Below, piece after piece: positions 44,337 to 55,281 of a stretch of 64,000 nucleotides of DNA. The DNA lies in the NCBI GenBank assembly GCA_964019425.1, contig OZ025791.1:1302001-1366000 (forward strand), written 5' to 3'. The DNA comes from Flectonema sp. DT1601. Lineage: Eukaryota. A program made the translations under genes and the position numbers. Every line of letters starts with the position of its first letter. The stretch's first letter is position 1. The notes under the pieces were generated by a model. The model was not told the DNA's origin and ran no database searches. It saw only the letters and a program-made list of their open reading frames with translations.

Positions 44337-45046
44337 CATAGATGGAAGTGCCCTACAATTTGGAGGGCGCTTGCAGGGCGCTTTTAATATAAATATTATT
44401 TTGGAGGGCGCTTTTTTTTTACCTTTTTTTACTATAAGACAGCTAAATTGACGGGGACTTACACTGACGCACAAGTATTTTGACGCAGAAGCCGATTTTC
44501 TTTTTTTTTGACATGCTTGGCAGTCTTTCGAAAAAGAGAAAACAGGGTGTCACGGGGTTCGAACCCGAGACCTCCAGGTCATGGTTCGGCGGTCAACAAT
44601 GGCAAAAACAATGGGTCACTCCTTGAGAGCTTCCGGAGCCTGCTGCAATCCCTGAAGCTGAAACTCATTTCAGTGGACGATGCATCCCAGATCTACAAGG
44701 AGCTGATTAGCCCGCAGAATGCACCGAGTCGAATATAGAGGGATTCACGGAGGGAGAGTGCGTTCTTGCTAACCTGTTCATAGGCCGGTCTTCACGGTAC
44801 CTTGTGAGAAAAAAAAGAAGTTTACTGGTGGCAAGTAAACTGATATCCCAGAGACGCATTTGATCGGGTGAACCGGAGAAAAGTCAAATAAGATGCGATT
44901 TGACCCTCGCTGAGGGCAGGGGTGTGTCAAAATGAGCTCGGCATTACATTAAATTTAATTAAAAAAGCGCCCTACGCGCCCTCCGGCGCCCTATTTTGGC
45001 CCTACAAATTTTTGTGGCTGATTTTCGCCAGGCACTTCTATCTATG
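44337..45046. mobile_element. Non-autonomous TIR element (MITE-like), copy 2, with target-site duplication
   Basis: TIRs CATAGATGGAAGTGCC / GGCACTTCTATCTATG are flanked by ACTTAT on both sides (44331-44336, 45047-45052). The paralogous empty site with a single ACTTAT is at 40934-40939. Confidence 0.92.
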
Positions 45047-46294
45047 ACTTATGATTTATTTCCCCGTGCGACAGGATTCTGTCTGCTTTCAACTCGTCAG
45101 CTTGTAATTTGCTTACTAACTTAAGAAAGATGCTTTAATTTCAGCCACCGAAACCAACTATTATTTGTTTGTTGTCCTACGAACTTTTAGCATTTGATTT
45201 TGATTAACTGATATTTAGTTATTCTAACTTATCTAATTTAACCATCTCGGGTACCGAGAAGCGTCTTCGTACTTCTGGCGGTGCCATGAGACTCAGACGG
45301 AGATATAGAATACTGTATGAACATGAGTGGAAACCTTTTTTTTTATTTTTTTTATTATTCATCCCTCTAAATATAACTCAGCACCACTCATTAGTTGGTA
45401 TCTCGTGTTCACTGATGTTTTATTTAGGGGGACTGTGTTAAATAGCAAAATAAATAACTACGTTAACGTGATCTCTTTCCTGAGAAGACACGATGAGTAG
45501 GACAGGCCTGACTCCCCTTGCTTTCTTCGCTGAAGAAGGCTGGGTAAGGGGAATGGTCTGAAGAAATGTTTTTATAATTTAAACACCGGTTTCAAACCAT
45601 TATTTATTTATTTATTTATTTCTCTGATTGATTGACTGATAAGTTGCTAATTTTAGCTTACTCAACAATCATGTGTTCTCAAATGAATTTTTTTAATAAT
45701 CTCATATACGAACTTATAGAAGGATTATCTGAATGGCTTCTTTACTTAGACGGATTGAATAGTTTCTCTTCGTTTTCTCTCTTTTTTTTTTTTTTTTTTT
45801 AAATATATTATAGACCTTACTTGTACCCCTTAAAAGTTACCTAAAAAAAGAAATAAAGCGAAAAATAATAAAGAGGGCATTTTTTTTATTTCCCTTTTTT
45901 TTTCCCCATAAAAAAAGTCGAATAAAGAAGTAAAGGCCCCCATTTTGTTTGGAACTAATGTTAACTTATCGTTATGTTGTTTATGATACCATACATTTGT
46001 ATTTTACGTACAAAATCGAACGGTTAACTCCCCCTTTTGTGTGATGTATTAAATCAGTGAGGCGCTAATACTTGGATCATCTCTCTCTCTAGTGTAGAGA
46101 TGGTGTTGTTATGTTAAAGTACAGGTCAGGTAGGATTATTCAAGTCGTTGCGTGTGACGTGATATTGTCGTATCATTCATTTTGAAATTTATTTCTATTT
46201 TCAATTCCTCAACATGTAGGACTGTCTGTTCCCTTTGTGTCTTTTTCAATTAGACTTTCAGCACATTATTAAAATCACTTTCTACCTTCGTCAG

Positions 46295-48091
46295 ATGTCG
46301 AAGAAAATTGAGAAAGCGTTGTCTTGGTCTCCGTTTTGGGAAGCGGAGCTGCGGGAAAATCGAATCGACCGTTCGAATAAGAAGCAAATCTTTTCACAAA
46401 TGTTCGTGGTTTGGTTTATTTTTGCAATGAGCTGCTTTCTGTCATTCGTTTATTTACGTCTGTATACTTATCCCATGGTTTTAGAGATGGCGCCCGTCAA
46501 TGCAGGTGGACTTATATTCTTAGCAGTGATCATATTTTTCGCTGTAGCTGCTGCATTCTTTACTGTTATTGTCACCAGTTCAACACTCGAGGTTGGTTGC
46601 GTATCTTACACTACTTTTCTTGCCTGCATAGTTTCCCATTTGAATCTGTTGTTTTACGTGATTGCTGTTGTGTTGATTTGCTGCTACACAATTGCGTTCC
46701 TGACACAAGGACTTATCGGTCAGGTACTGTTTGCCTTAAAACAAGAAAAGACAATTTGTATTGTTGATGAATATTGTAGAATATTAGCACCATCAACTTG
46801 TGGAACTGATCCTCTCTCTCTTGAGGGTGAGGTATTTACCTCAAGCTTACTGGGTGTTGGTTGTGATGAGATTGGATCATTTACTTGTTACACTGACTGT
46901 GACACTGCTGCTTCTTATTTATCAACACCTATTGAAGTGAATGAGATTCCTCTGATATTAACTTCCATATATATACTCATTGGATGGCTGGCTGCTCTCT
47001 ATTTCAAGTTTCACTTTAGCAAATTTTCAAAAAGATTCGATGAAAAAAAAGGCACATTCCTTTTCACGATTTTCTGTTTTCTCCTTCCAATGTTTTTACT
47101 GACAGTAACGAGTATGTATGTCTACAGCAATACTGGTTTTTCGAATAAAAATTGCGAAGCTGTGAAACGGGTTGAGACAACCTCAAACAAATGTGTTGGA
47201 GGTCACAAAAACAATCAGCTATCTCAACTCGTGTACTTGATACAGGTCCCACAGAGTATCTTTAATCAAACGAAAAGAAAATACACTTTAGCACAGACTG
47301 ACTGCAGACAAGATACAACATTAACTGACAGAATTAGAAACGGTTGTTATATTTCTTCAAGTGGATCTGAAATCAAATTAAGTCAACTTCTTGATGCGGG
47401 AGTAGAGTTTGGAATATTTTATTACTCTTTCTGCATTTGTGTTTATTTATTTGCGCAGTTTCTTTGGGCTCGTGAAGATGCCCCAGAAGACACTTCTGCC
47501 GAGGATATGATTATCATCAATGAACCTTCCTCGGAATCATATGGACCTCCCTTGGAGTCATATGAGCCTCCTCTTTCAGATTCATTTGATCAGGTGGGAG
47601 TACCTCCAGTATGTGTTCCACCATCAGAGTCCTCGGTGCCTTCTGGTCGGTTGAGTGATTCGATTTCTCATATGCCGGGGTTGGTGATCCAACCCCATCA
47701 CATGGGTAGGGCATCTGAACCGCCACCTTTGAATCCATTTCGTCTCCAACGTGAAGGAATGCATCCATTATGTGTTCCACCATCAGAGTCCCCAGTGTCA
47801 TCTGGTGTGTTGCAACCTCCGTACCCGATATCGAATTCATCCTTTAACGAAGGTCTTTATCCAACAAGTCACATGGGTAGGTCATTAGGACTATCAACTC
47901 ATCACGTGGAGTTAGCTCCCAGTAGAAGTTCTTCGTTTAACAATCCATCGCTGAGTCAATCTGTGGATTCTCTACACCTCCAGCAGCCGTATGATGAGAA
48001 TCCTCTTCCAAGAGTTTCGGATTACCCAGAGTTAGCTCCTCCTGTTCGGAGAGTTCGAAAGTTTTCATTTCGTAATCCTCCTCATTGTTAG
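46295..48091 (+). CDS. Multi-pass membrane protein, copy C
   Basis: Same N-terminus as copy B, with a few substitutions (SNKNCEA vs SNEKCGA, LDAG vs LDSG, ESYG vs ESCG, VRKF vs VREF). Confidence 0.75.
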   Translation: MSKKIEKALSWSPFWEAELRENRIDRSNKKQIFSQMFVVWFIFAMSCFLSFVYLRLYTYPMVLEMAPVNAGGLIFLAVIIFFAVAAAFFTVIVTSSTLEVGCVSYTTFLACIVSHLNLLFYVIAVVLICCYTIAFLTQGLIGQVLFALKQEKTICIVDEYCRILAPSTCGTDPLSLEGEVFTSSLLGVGCDEIGSFTCYTDCDTAASYLSTPIEVNEIPLILTSIYILIGWLAALYFKFHFSKFSKRFDEKKGTFLFTIFCFLLPMFLLTVTSMYVYSNTGFSNKNCEAVKRVETTSNKCVGGHKNNQLSQLVYLIQVPQSIFNQTKRKYTLAQTDCRQDTTLTDRIRNGCYISSSGSEIKLSQLLDAGVEFGIFYYSFCICVYLFAQFLWAREDAPEDTSAEDMIIINEPSSESYGPPLESYEPPLSDSFDQVGVPPVCVPPSESSVPSGRLSDSISHMPGLVIQPHHMGRASEPPPLNPFRLQREGMHPLCVPPSESPVSSGVLQPPYPISNSSFNEGLYPTSHMGRSLGLSTHHVELAPSRSSSFNNPSLSQSVDSLHLQQPYDENPLPRVSDYPELAPPVRRVRKFSFRNPPHC

Positions 48092-49984
48092 TAACGATCA
48101 GTTAGTGTTGTTAATTCTTCATTGAAGGAATCATCTTTAGAAAGAGAAAATATACGAAGACCTCGTTCACTTTCTCAGTTATTGATTTAGTTGTCAACAT
48201 CTACACAGTAAGTACTTTGGTATTGAATAAGAGTTCAATCCTGGAGGGTCATCATTGATGATCAGCTCAAGTCTTTTGTGACTTCTTTTTTTGCACAACC
48301 AAAACTATTTAAACGGTTTTCGATGTGGTAAAAAAAAGACATGCTAAGTCTGAAACTTTTTCTGCCTTAGCGCTGGTTCGTATTTTTTGATTGACTTTCG
48401 TTGCGAAAAAACAAATTGAATAATTGCTTTTCTTTTCCCTCTTTATTTTAAAAGCTATTGTTGTTGTTTTTTTTTTTTTTTTTTTTTTATTTCCCTATTA
48501 TTGTAAATTTTATTTTTCTTACTCACAATGTAATATTTACTTAACTTCGGATTTTAACTATTTTTCACAAAAAGAATTATGTGAAAAGTCAAAAGAATGA
48601 TCAAAATATCCATCACACCGAGTAGTAGATATCTGTTTGTTTCATTCTTTGTGATGTTTTAAATCAGTGAGGCGCTAATACGTGGATCGTCTCTCTTTAC
48701 TGTAGAGACCACTTCAGTGAGTTGCCTCGAAAAGGTTTCTTGCTAATACATAGATCAGGTCTAAAATAACTATTTTCCCTTTTGTGTACATGCATGATGT
48801 TGTTCTGTACGAGAGGTTGTATCTGTACCTGCGCCAATCTTATTTAGTTTGGTTTAGTTTTTTTTTCTTTTTTTCTTTTTTTCTTTTTTTTTTTTTTGTC
48901 ATTCTTTGTTTGCCAAAAACAAAATTACTGTTTCGATTTAGTGGGTACCAATAAAAAGAGCACCCCCACGTGTGTGTGGTGATGGCAGCTGTACAATTAT
49001 ATCTGTCACTTTTTTTTTCCATCTCGAATACATGTTTTACGAGCGAAGAGAGAATTGTGGCAGCGTAAGGTTATCGCCTTTATAGACGTTGTTTCTGGTT
49101 GCGCACAAACAAAACCAAAGCGTGAGAATTATTTAGTGAAGTGTCGATTCTTTCTTGGGATCCAGTCCCTGGTTTCCTTTCCTCTTTTTTTTCCCTGAAC
49201 AGCAGTTTTTTTTCTTTTTGTTTTCCCATCTCGTATCGGTACTCATCGAGTCAAAAGCGTCGTTTAGCTCAATTCCGGCCAAGGTCATTTTATTATGGTC
49301 TGGCGCAGTTATGATTAAACTGACTGTCTTCTTGATCTTTTTGTTTTCATTTCTTGCTGAATGATATGGCTATGTGCTGCCCAATTCTTGTGGTACTTTT
49401 ATAAAGCTTTCGGTAAGCCCACAGTACAATTATAATGCTTTGGACAACTGGGTGAACGATCCTCGGTGGGTTTCTATTGTCTTTCGTGGTATGTGGGCAT
49501 ATGGCAGATATAGTCGTATTACAAAAAAAGATGTTGTGTATGGAAGAAAGGGGTTTTTTATTTATCCAAGCCCCCCCTCACATTTAAAACTAATGTTAAA
49601 TTATGGTTACGGTTAACTCCCCCTTTTGTTTACATTAAGTTAAACCCCCACATCAAATTACCCCACTCCGAAGGTATAATTATCCTTTTTATGTTTTCTT
49701 TGATTAACAGCTACAAATGTCTTTTTCAGTCAAGTACTTAATATTAATTTGTTATTAGTACCTAAAGTGTTATTGTTGTTAAGGTTTCACTCCCACTCTC
49801 GGATCATTTCTCTTTTATTTTCTTTAGTTGTTTTCAACCTGTTAGCCTCTGGGTAAGGTGGGAGCTACCCAGACCCCTCGTAGTCATCAGTTCTGTATTT
49901 TGATAACTAACTATTGCAAACTCATATTATGATCGCTCTAGTTGATAAAAATAGTTCTTCAAAGGTTGTTTAAATTGAAACTAA

Positions 49985-51408
49985 ATATATATGAGAGGAT
50001 GCCAAAAGTAGGGTACCATTTTGTACCACGGGTAACTGCCGGCCTCTAAATCTTGGTCTGAGCACTTTTTTGGCCCACTCTGTATATTAGAAAACTCAAT
50101 TCCGGGTCTGGGATACAACTTTACTTGTCACCAGTTCAAAAATTCTGCAATTTTTAGGGGAAATTGACTGTATTACTGTGTTATGCAGTACACACACAGG
50201 GGGCAGGTTTACTTCACATATCAGACCTCTGTAATTAGATGCATTGTTCTCCGTGGCTGTCGAACTCCATATCCTGGGCAAGCAGACCCATCCCCATCCG
50301 ATGAATTTAGAAACTGCATGACAAAATTAATACGTAAGTTTTGGCACAAGCAGCGAAGCTAAGAGGACTGATGGACTGATATTGATCATTCGTGTGCATT
50401 CTGCACCTACACTAACTTACTAATAATGTTGTACACACTTACGTTTTTTAAGGGGTTACACTGCTACTTGAATCAGAGCTTTCGGATTCAGAACGACGGT
50501 CTGGACAATTTCGGAGATCATGAGTAAGAGAGCTGCACTGGCTGCATTGGCGCTTCTTTCTAACAGGCTTCTCGGGGGCACTTTTCCGTTTGCAGGCTCG
50601 TTGTTGGATGGTGTGCTCCCTGTCTAACCTTTCAAAAAAGGCTTCTTTTCTTGCTCGTTTATTCTTCAGGGAATCGATATGCTGACTGTGCTCTATCTCT
50701 GCAAACTTGTTGTTGTCCGCGGTTGTGTCAAGGGGTGTAGATCCAATAGTGCTCTTCTCAGCTCTAGTAAGGGGAAGCTTATCTGATATTTTGGGCTTGT
50801 GGTTCAGTAGCAAAGTAGCCTTACCTCCGTCAAGTGCAAATTGCGGGTTTTCGTCAGAGAAAGCTGTGATATATATCTGACCTGAAGTATCCTTTCGGTA
50901 GGTGGGGATGCTGGTTACGGCTGGGATGCGGAGGTTCTGCACACTCACTTCTTGCTCTTCAAAGAAGAGGAATACAAGTGTTGTGTCGCTGAGCGTTCGG
51001 AGTACGCCTGCCACCTCGGTGAGGGTACGCACCGGTGCCCACTCTCGATGAGGTCTGGATGACATTTGATATGCTGCCGAAATGCCTGTCACAGTGGCTC
51101 TCGTTCTAGAGTATCCTTAATTGTCATTGTTATTTGTGAAGCTGTGATTCAAGCGAGTGACACTCTCCTACTACTACCTTACAAATTGGTCTCAACTGTG
51201 CACAAGCATCTTACAGTGTAATACAGTCAATTTCCCCTAAAAATTGCAGAATTTTTGAACTGGTGACAAGTAAAGTTGTATCCCAGACCCGGAATTGAGT
51301 TTTCTAATATACAGAGTGGGCCAAAAAAGTGCTCAGACCAAGATTTAGAGGCCAGCAGTTACCCGTGGTACAAAATAGGCCCTACTTTTGGCACGTCCAT
51401 TATATATA
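49985..51408. mobile_element. Long-TIR (about 177 bp) non-autonomous DNA element, Mutator/foldback-like, in a TA-rich site
   Basis: About 50000-50176 is the near-perfect reverse complement of about 51218-51393. TATATAT occurs at both ends. The paralogous empty site is at about 39030-39070. Confidence 0.9.
50448..51065 (-). CDS. Element-encoded protein with C-terminal CCHC zinc knuckle
   Basis: ORF of about 205 aa from the ATG at 51065, located between the TIRs, with a basic stretch and RQCSQCSSLTHDLRNC (C-x2-C-x4-H-x4-C). No DDE core is visible. Confidence 0.65.
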   Translation of the reverse strand: MSSRPHREWAPVRTLTEVAGVLRTLSDTTLVFLFFEEQEVSVQNLRIPAVTSIPTYRKDTSGQIYITAFSDENPQFALDGGKATLLLNHKPKISDKLPLTRAEKSTIGSTPLDTTADNNKFAEIEHSQHIDSLKNKRARKEAFFERLDREHTIQQRACKRKSAPEKPVRKKRQCSQCSSLTHDLRNCPDRRSESESSDSSSSVTP

Positions 51409-51717
51409 TTTTTTTTTTTTTAAAAAACCTTTATTGTAGTCGTAACAAAACGTGCGATATTTTTGTTTTGTTTTTACTTTTTCCGTATAATAATATTTTC
51501 TACATTCCGTACAATTATTTTCTTAAACACGTTTTTTTTTTTTCCACCGGAAGAAATACAACTTCATTGAGCAAAATCAAATTTATGCTGACCCGTCATG
51601 GCGATAAGAACTATTTTTGAAACTGATTTATTTTTTCACTTATTTTTTTTAACTCAATTATTGTTAATTTTGACCTTTCATAAATCACTTTTTACTTCGT
51701 CACTCCAGAAGCATAAG

Positions 51718-54066
51718 ATGGCCAGGGCAGCTGTTGTTCATCTTCAACAACAGTACAACCTGTCTGAAGATTTCGTTAAAAGATTAGAAAATGTCTGTTT
51801 GAGTGGATCTGGTTCTGACTCCTCGCGGGAAATGGCTTCAGAAGAAGATGAAGATAGTTTTGAACAACAGCTTCTCGAGCGTAGGGAGATCTCTAATAAC
51901 AGAGAGACTGCTGAACTGAAGGCCAGACTTAATGCGACGGAACAAGAACTGAAATTAATGTCCAGCAACTGCGCAGTTCTAAAAAACGAAATCCAAAATG
52001 CGACCATTCAAAAACAACATTTCGAAGAGCGTTACAAAGAAATGTCTCAAATGGCTGGAGAAACAGCTGCCAGAATAGAACGTGTTTCTCAAGAGGATGA
52101 GAAATTCCGAAACAATATAAAAACATCGATTCACAACAGATTGTTTATTGGAGCAGAAGTTGCTGCCTCTTTATTAACAAAACCAACGGAAATGCTCGAC
52201 CTGATTGAATACATTCAACTGAAGGTTCATCAAGCAATGGTCACAGAGTATTCATTCAGAGAGGAAAAGACTTCCAATGTTGATATTTTAACCAGAGACT
52301 TACAATTTGCACGTGCAGAAGCATCTCGCTTACAAGGACTGCAAGAAGATAGCAGTACGTTGTTAGAAAGAATGAAAGAAGATCATTCGAGAAAGATTTC
52401 AAGATTGACAGATTCTATTCAAAGACTTGAAGTAGAGCTTGAGGAAGCAACACAAAGCATTCATGACAATAAAGCAAAAGTGAGATTGGCTGCTAAACAA
52501 CAGGATGATCTAAATACGAGAACTATGCAAGTTCAAGAATTAGAAACTGAAAGAATTCAACTGGCAAAAAGAATTGAAATTCTCTCCGAAGACGTCAAAG
52601 TTTCCAGGACTGACATCGAACAAGATAAATATAACAGCAAAGCAAACGGCATGAAAGCTGAGTGTTTAATAAGTGAAAATACCATTCTAAATAAAAGATG
52701 TTGTTCCCTTGAACAAGAGAAGACCGATCTCACTACGCAATGTAAATCACTTCAACAACAGCTAACTAACTCTTTGGATAAATATTCAGCAGACATATTA
52801 TTAATAAGAAGTCAACACGATGAGAAACTATCAACAGAATTAAGTAGAGCTCAGTCACAAGCATCTATTGAGATTCAAAGAATAAGAGAACACACGACAG
52901 CTATAACAGAAAGAGAATCACATCAATTAAAAACTGATAAAGATATTTGTAATCAGGAATTGAAAGCTTCTCGTATGCGTGTCGCTGACTTAGATTCTGA
53001 TATTCGACAACTCCGAATTGAACACAAAGGAGTAGAAGAATCCCTTCGACTTAACATCTCTACCGTACAATCCGAACTAAAAATCAAACTCCTTGAAAAC
53101 CAACAACTTTCCATCCTAAAAGAACAACACGAAGGAACCATCCACGAGTTAAACATCGAAGCGGAATGTAGCAACAAAAAACTTGATACTTTAAAAGCTG
53201 AGTTCTACGAACAGAAGATGGCCCACAACAGTAGAACATGTGAATTAGAAGGTCAAGTGTTATCAATAAAAGAAAGACTAACGATATACGACGAACTGGA
53301 GACAGAATGCGATACCGCAATTGAAATGGCTGGTGAACAACATGGAGATCTGGGTCCCAACAGAGCTGCTGACATTTTGGGTACGGTGCCATCAGCTGCT
53401 GGACGACGGGTTCAGCATAGCTTGGTGTTGGCACAAAAAGCGTTGAGATTGCAAAATGAATTGGCGTCTGTCGAGAAAAAACTTCGTCAAAAGTCTGATG
53501 AACATTCGAAAACAACATCCGAACTAAATCGTGTTAAGGGAATTGTTGGAACACAAGGCCAACCATACCAATACTTTGTTGATACTTTAGCATTAAAGGA
53601 CGCAGAGATTTCTGAATTGAAACACGATCTTACCTCTGCTGAATCAAACAACAACTTTGATAGAAAAGACGTAAACGCATTATCAAATGAGAACGATGTG
53701 TTGAGGAATAGACTTGAGCAGTTAACTTCTGACATGGGACTTCTGTATGAACAAAGAACAGAACTTAGTAACTACATTCAAACTAACCTTTCACATAATC
53801 GCCAGTCGAGTAAGGGAAGACGTTCCACAAGAACAACTGCTGAATTTTCAGAACAAAATCTCGAACGAGTTCACAGCATTTCATCTTCTCGTCGTCCAAA
53901 AGATACGAAGCGACGCAGCACCGTTAGCATCGCTCCTAAAATTTCAATTGAGAGTGCAGTTCCACTGTTCCCACCGCATCAACATCCACCAGCACCACTT
54001 ACCTCTCTTGTGACTGATCTAAGTGCCGGTTCTATTCTTACGCAACCCATTGTTATATCTGCGTAG
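51718..54066 (+). CDS. PIBF1: PIBF1/CEP90 centriolar coiled-coil protein
   Basis: Long coiled coil with PIBF1-like motifs YDELETECDTAI, VPSAAGRRVQHSLVLAQKALRLQ and QPYQYFVDTL. The ATG at 51718 follows the acceptor CACTCCAG. Confidence 0.8.
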   Translation: MARAAVVHLQQQYNLSEDFVKRLENVCLSGSGSDSSREMASEEDEDSFEQQLLERREISNNRETAELKARLNATEQELKLMSSNCAVLKNEIQNATIQKQHFEERYKEMSQMAGETAARIERVSQEDEKFRNNIKTSIHNRLFIGAEVAASLLTKPTEMLDLIEYIQLKVHQAMVTEYSFREEKTSNVDILTRDLQFARAEASRLQGLQEDSSTLLERMKEDHSRKISRLTDSIQRLEVELEEATQSIHDNKAKVRLAAKQQDDLNTRTMQVQELETERIQLAKRIEILSEDVKVSRTDIEQDKYNSKANGMKAECLISENTILNKRCCSLEQEKTDLTTQCKSLQQQLTNSLDKYSADILLIRSQHDEKLSTELSRAQSQASIEIQRIREHTTAITERESHQLKTDKDICNQELKASRMRVADLDSDIRQLRIEHKGVEESLRLNISTVQSELKIKLLENQQLSILKEQHEGTIHELNIEAECSNKKLDTLKAEFYEQKMAHNSRTCELEGQVLSIKERLTIYDELETECDTAIEMAGEQHGDLGPNRAADILGTVPSAAGRRVQHSLVLAQKALRLQNELASVEKKLRQKSDEHSKTTSELNRVKGIVGTQGQPYQYFVDTLALKDAEISELKHDLTSAESNNNFDRKDVNALSNENDVLRNRLEQLTSDMGLLYEQRTELSNYIQTNLSHNRQSSKGRRSTRTTAEFSEQNLERVHSISSSRRPKDTKRRSTVSIAPKISIESAVPLFPPHQHPPAPLTSLVTDLSAGSILTQPIVISA

Positions 54067-54410
54067 TTATGTGATGACACTGACACGGTTTGATTCGAGT
54101 TACCGATTTAGTTGAGGTCGTATGACCGTTTTATTAGATACAAACGAAACCAATAAGCAAACACATGCTTTGCGATAGAATATAGAAGAATATATAGTAT
54201 TCCCCTCCTTTATCCCTCCTTCTTATTATTTTTTAAGAATTAGAAAATTTCTATTATACGAAAGTACTAATCTAGTTGATTGCTCAGTCTTGTCTTAATA
54301 ATATTTCTTACTTCGACAGTTCTTCAGATGGGAAGTGATAGAATTCTTCTTGGTAGTAATCGCATGCAGAATATAATTTTATTATTTTAATTTTTTCAGG
54401 TGTCAGAACC

Positions 54411-55148
54411 ATGTCATCAACAGTTGGATTCCTTCAGGAATTTGACGTCTCTGGCGTTGGTATAAAAATGGTCGGCAACGATTCTGTTGACAATACTGGT
54501 GCAAAGAGAGTTTGGGACGCAGCAGTAGTACTAGCAGCGTATTTTACAGGAGGAAAGGGAGGAGGTAAAGGAAAACGAACAGATGTCACTGGTAAGAAAA
54601 TAATCGAACTCGGATCAGGATTGGGATACCTCGCTAGCGTACTAGCAATGCAGGGAGCCGATGTCCTTGCGACGGAAATGGAAGAAATGCTTCCACTTCT
54701 TTCTAGAAATACCTCCATTGCTACAGCCACTGCAAGGGGTGAAGGTAAAAGTAAATGTAAAGACGTGTTGACTGCAAAGCTTGATTGGACAACTCATGAA
54801 ACTGACATTCCAAAGTTACCAACAGAGCTGTCCTTTGATATGATTATTGCTACTGATGTTATATATTTAGAACAGTACCTTCCTCCATTTCTTGAGACTG
54901 TTGCATCCCTACTACGTACCTCCCCTTCAGCAGTAGTTTATATTTGTGTTGATGTTCGTAATGAAAATACTCTGCGACAGTTTCACAAGTCTCTTGTTGA
55001 TGATCTGAAGCTTTCTATTAAAACGATTCCTCACAAGAAATTACCAGCTCCGTATAACGGACCTGACTGGGAGCATGCGACTATACTTCACGGGAAGTTG
55101 GGAAAGATAAAAAGCTTAAAGACAAGTCCAGTCGAAGAAGAAGTCTAA
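54411..55148 (+). CDS. Family-16 protein-lysine methyltransferase (METTL21-like)
   Basis: Motifs VWDAAVVLA, IIELGSGLG (SAM motif I), LDW and FDMIIATDVIY. Confidence 0.9.
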   Translation: MSSTVGFLQEFDVSGVGIKMVGNDSVDNTGAKRVWDAAVVLAAYFTGGKGGGKGKRTDVTGKKIIELGSGLGYLASVLAMQGADVLATEMEEMLPLLSRNTSIATATARGEGKSKCKDVLTAKLDWTTHETDIPKLPTELSFDMIIATDVIYLEQYLPPFLETVASLLRTSPSAVVYICVDVRNENTLRQFHKSLVDDLKLSIKTIPHKKLPAPYNGPDWEHATILHGKLGKIKSLKTSPVEEEV

Positions 55149-55281
55149 CCATCTCATCAAATCATTTGATCATATTATTTGTTTAGGATCAGCACCTTTT
55201 AGAAGAGTATTTCATTAAGGGAGGTAGTCACTTGTATTAATTTATTTTATTCCTACAGTCTTACACTTCTCAATGTGAGCA

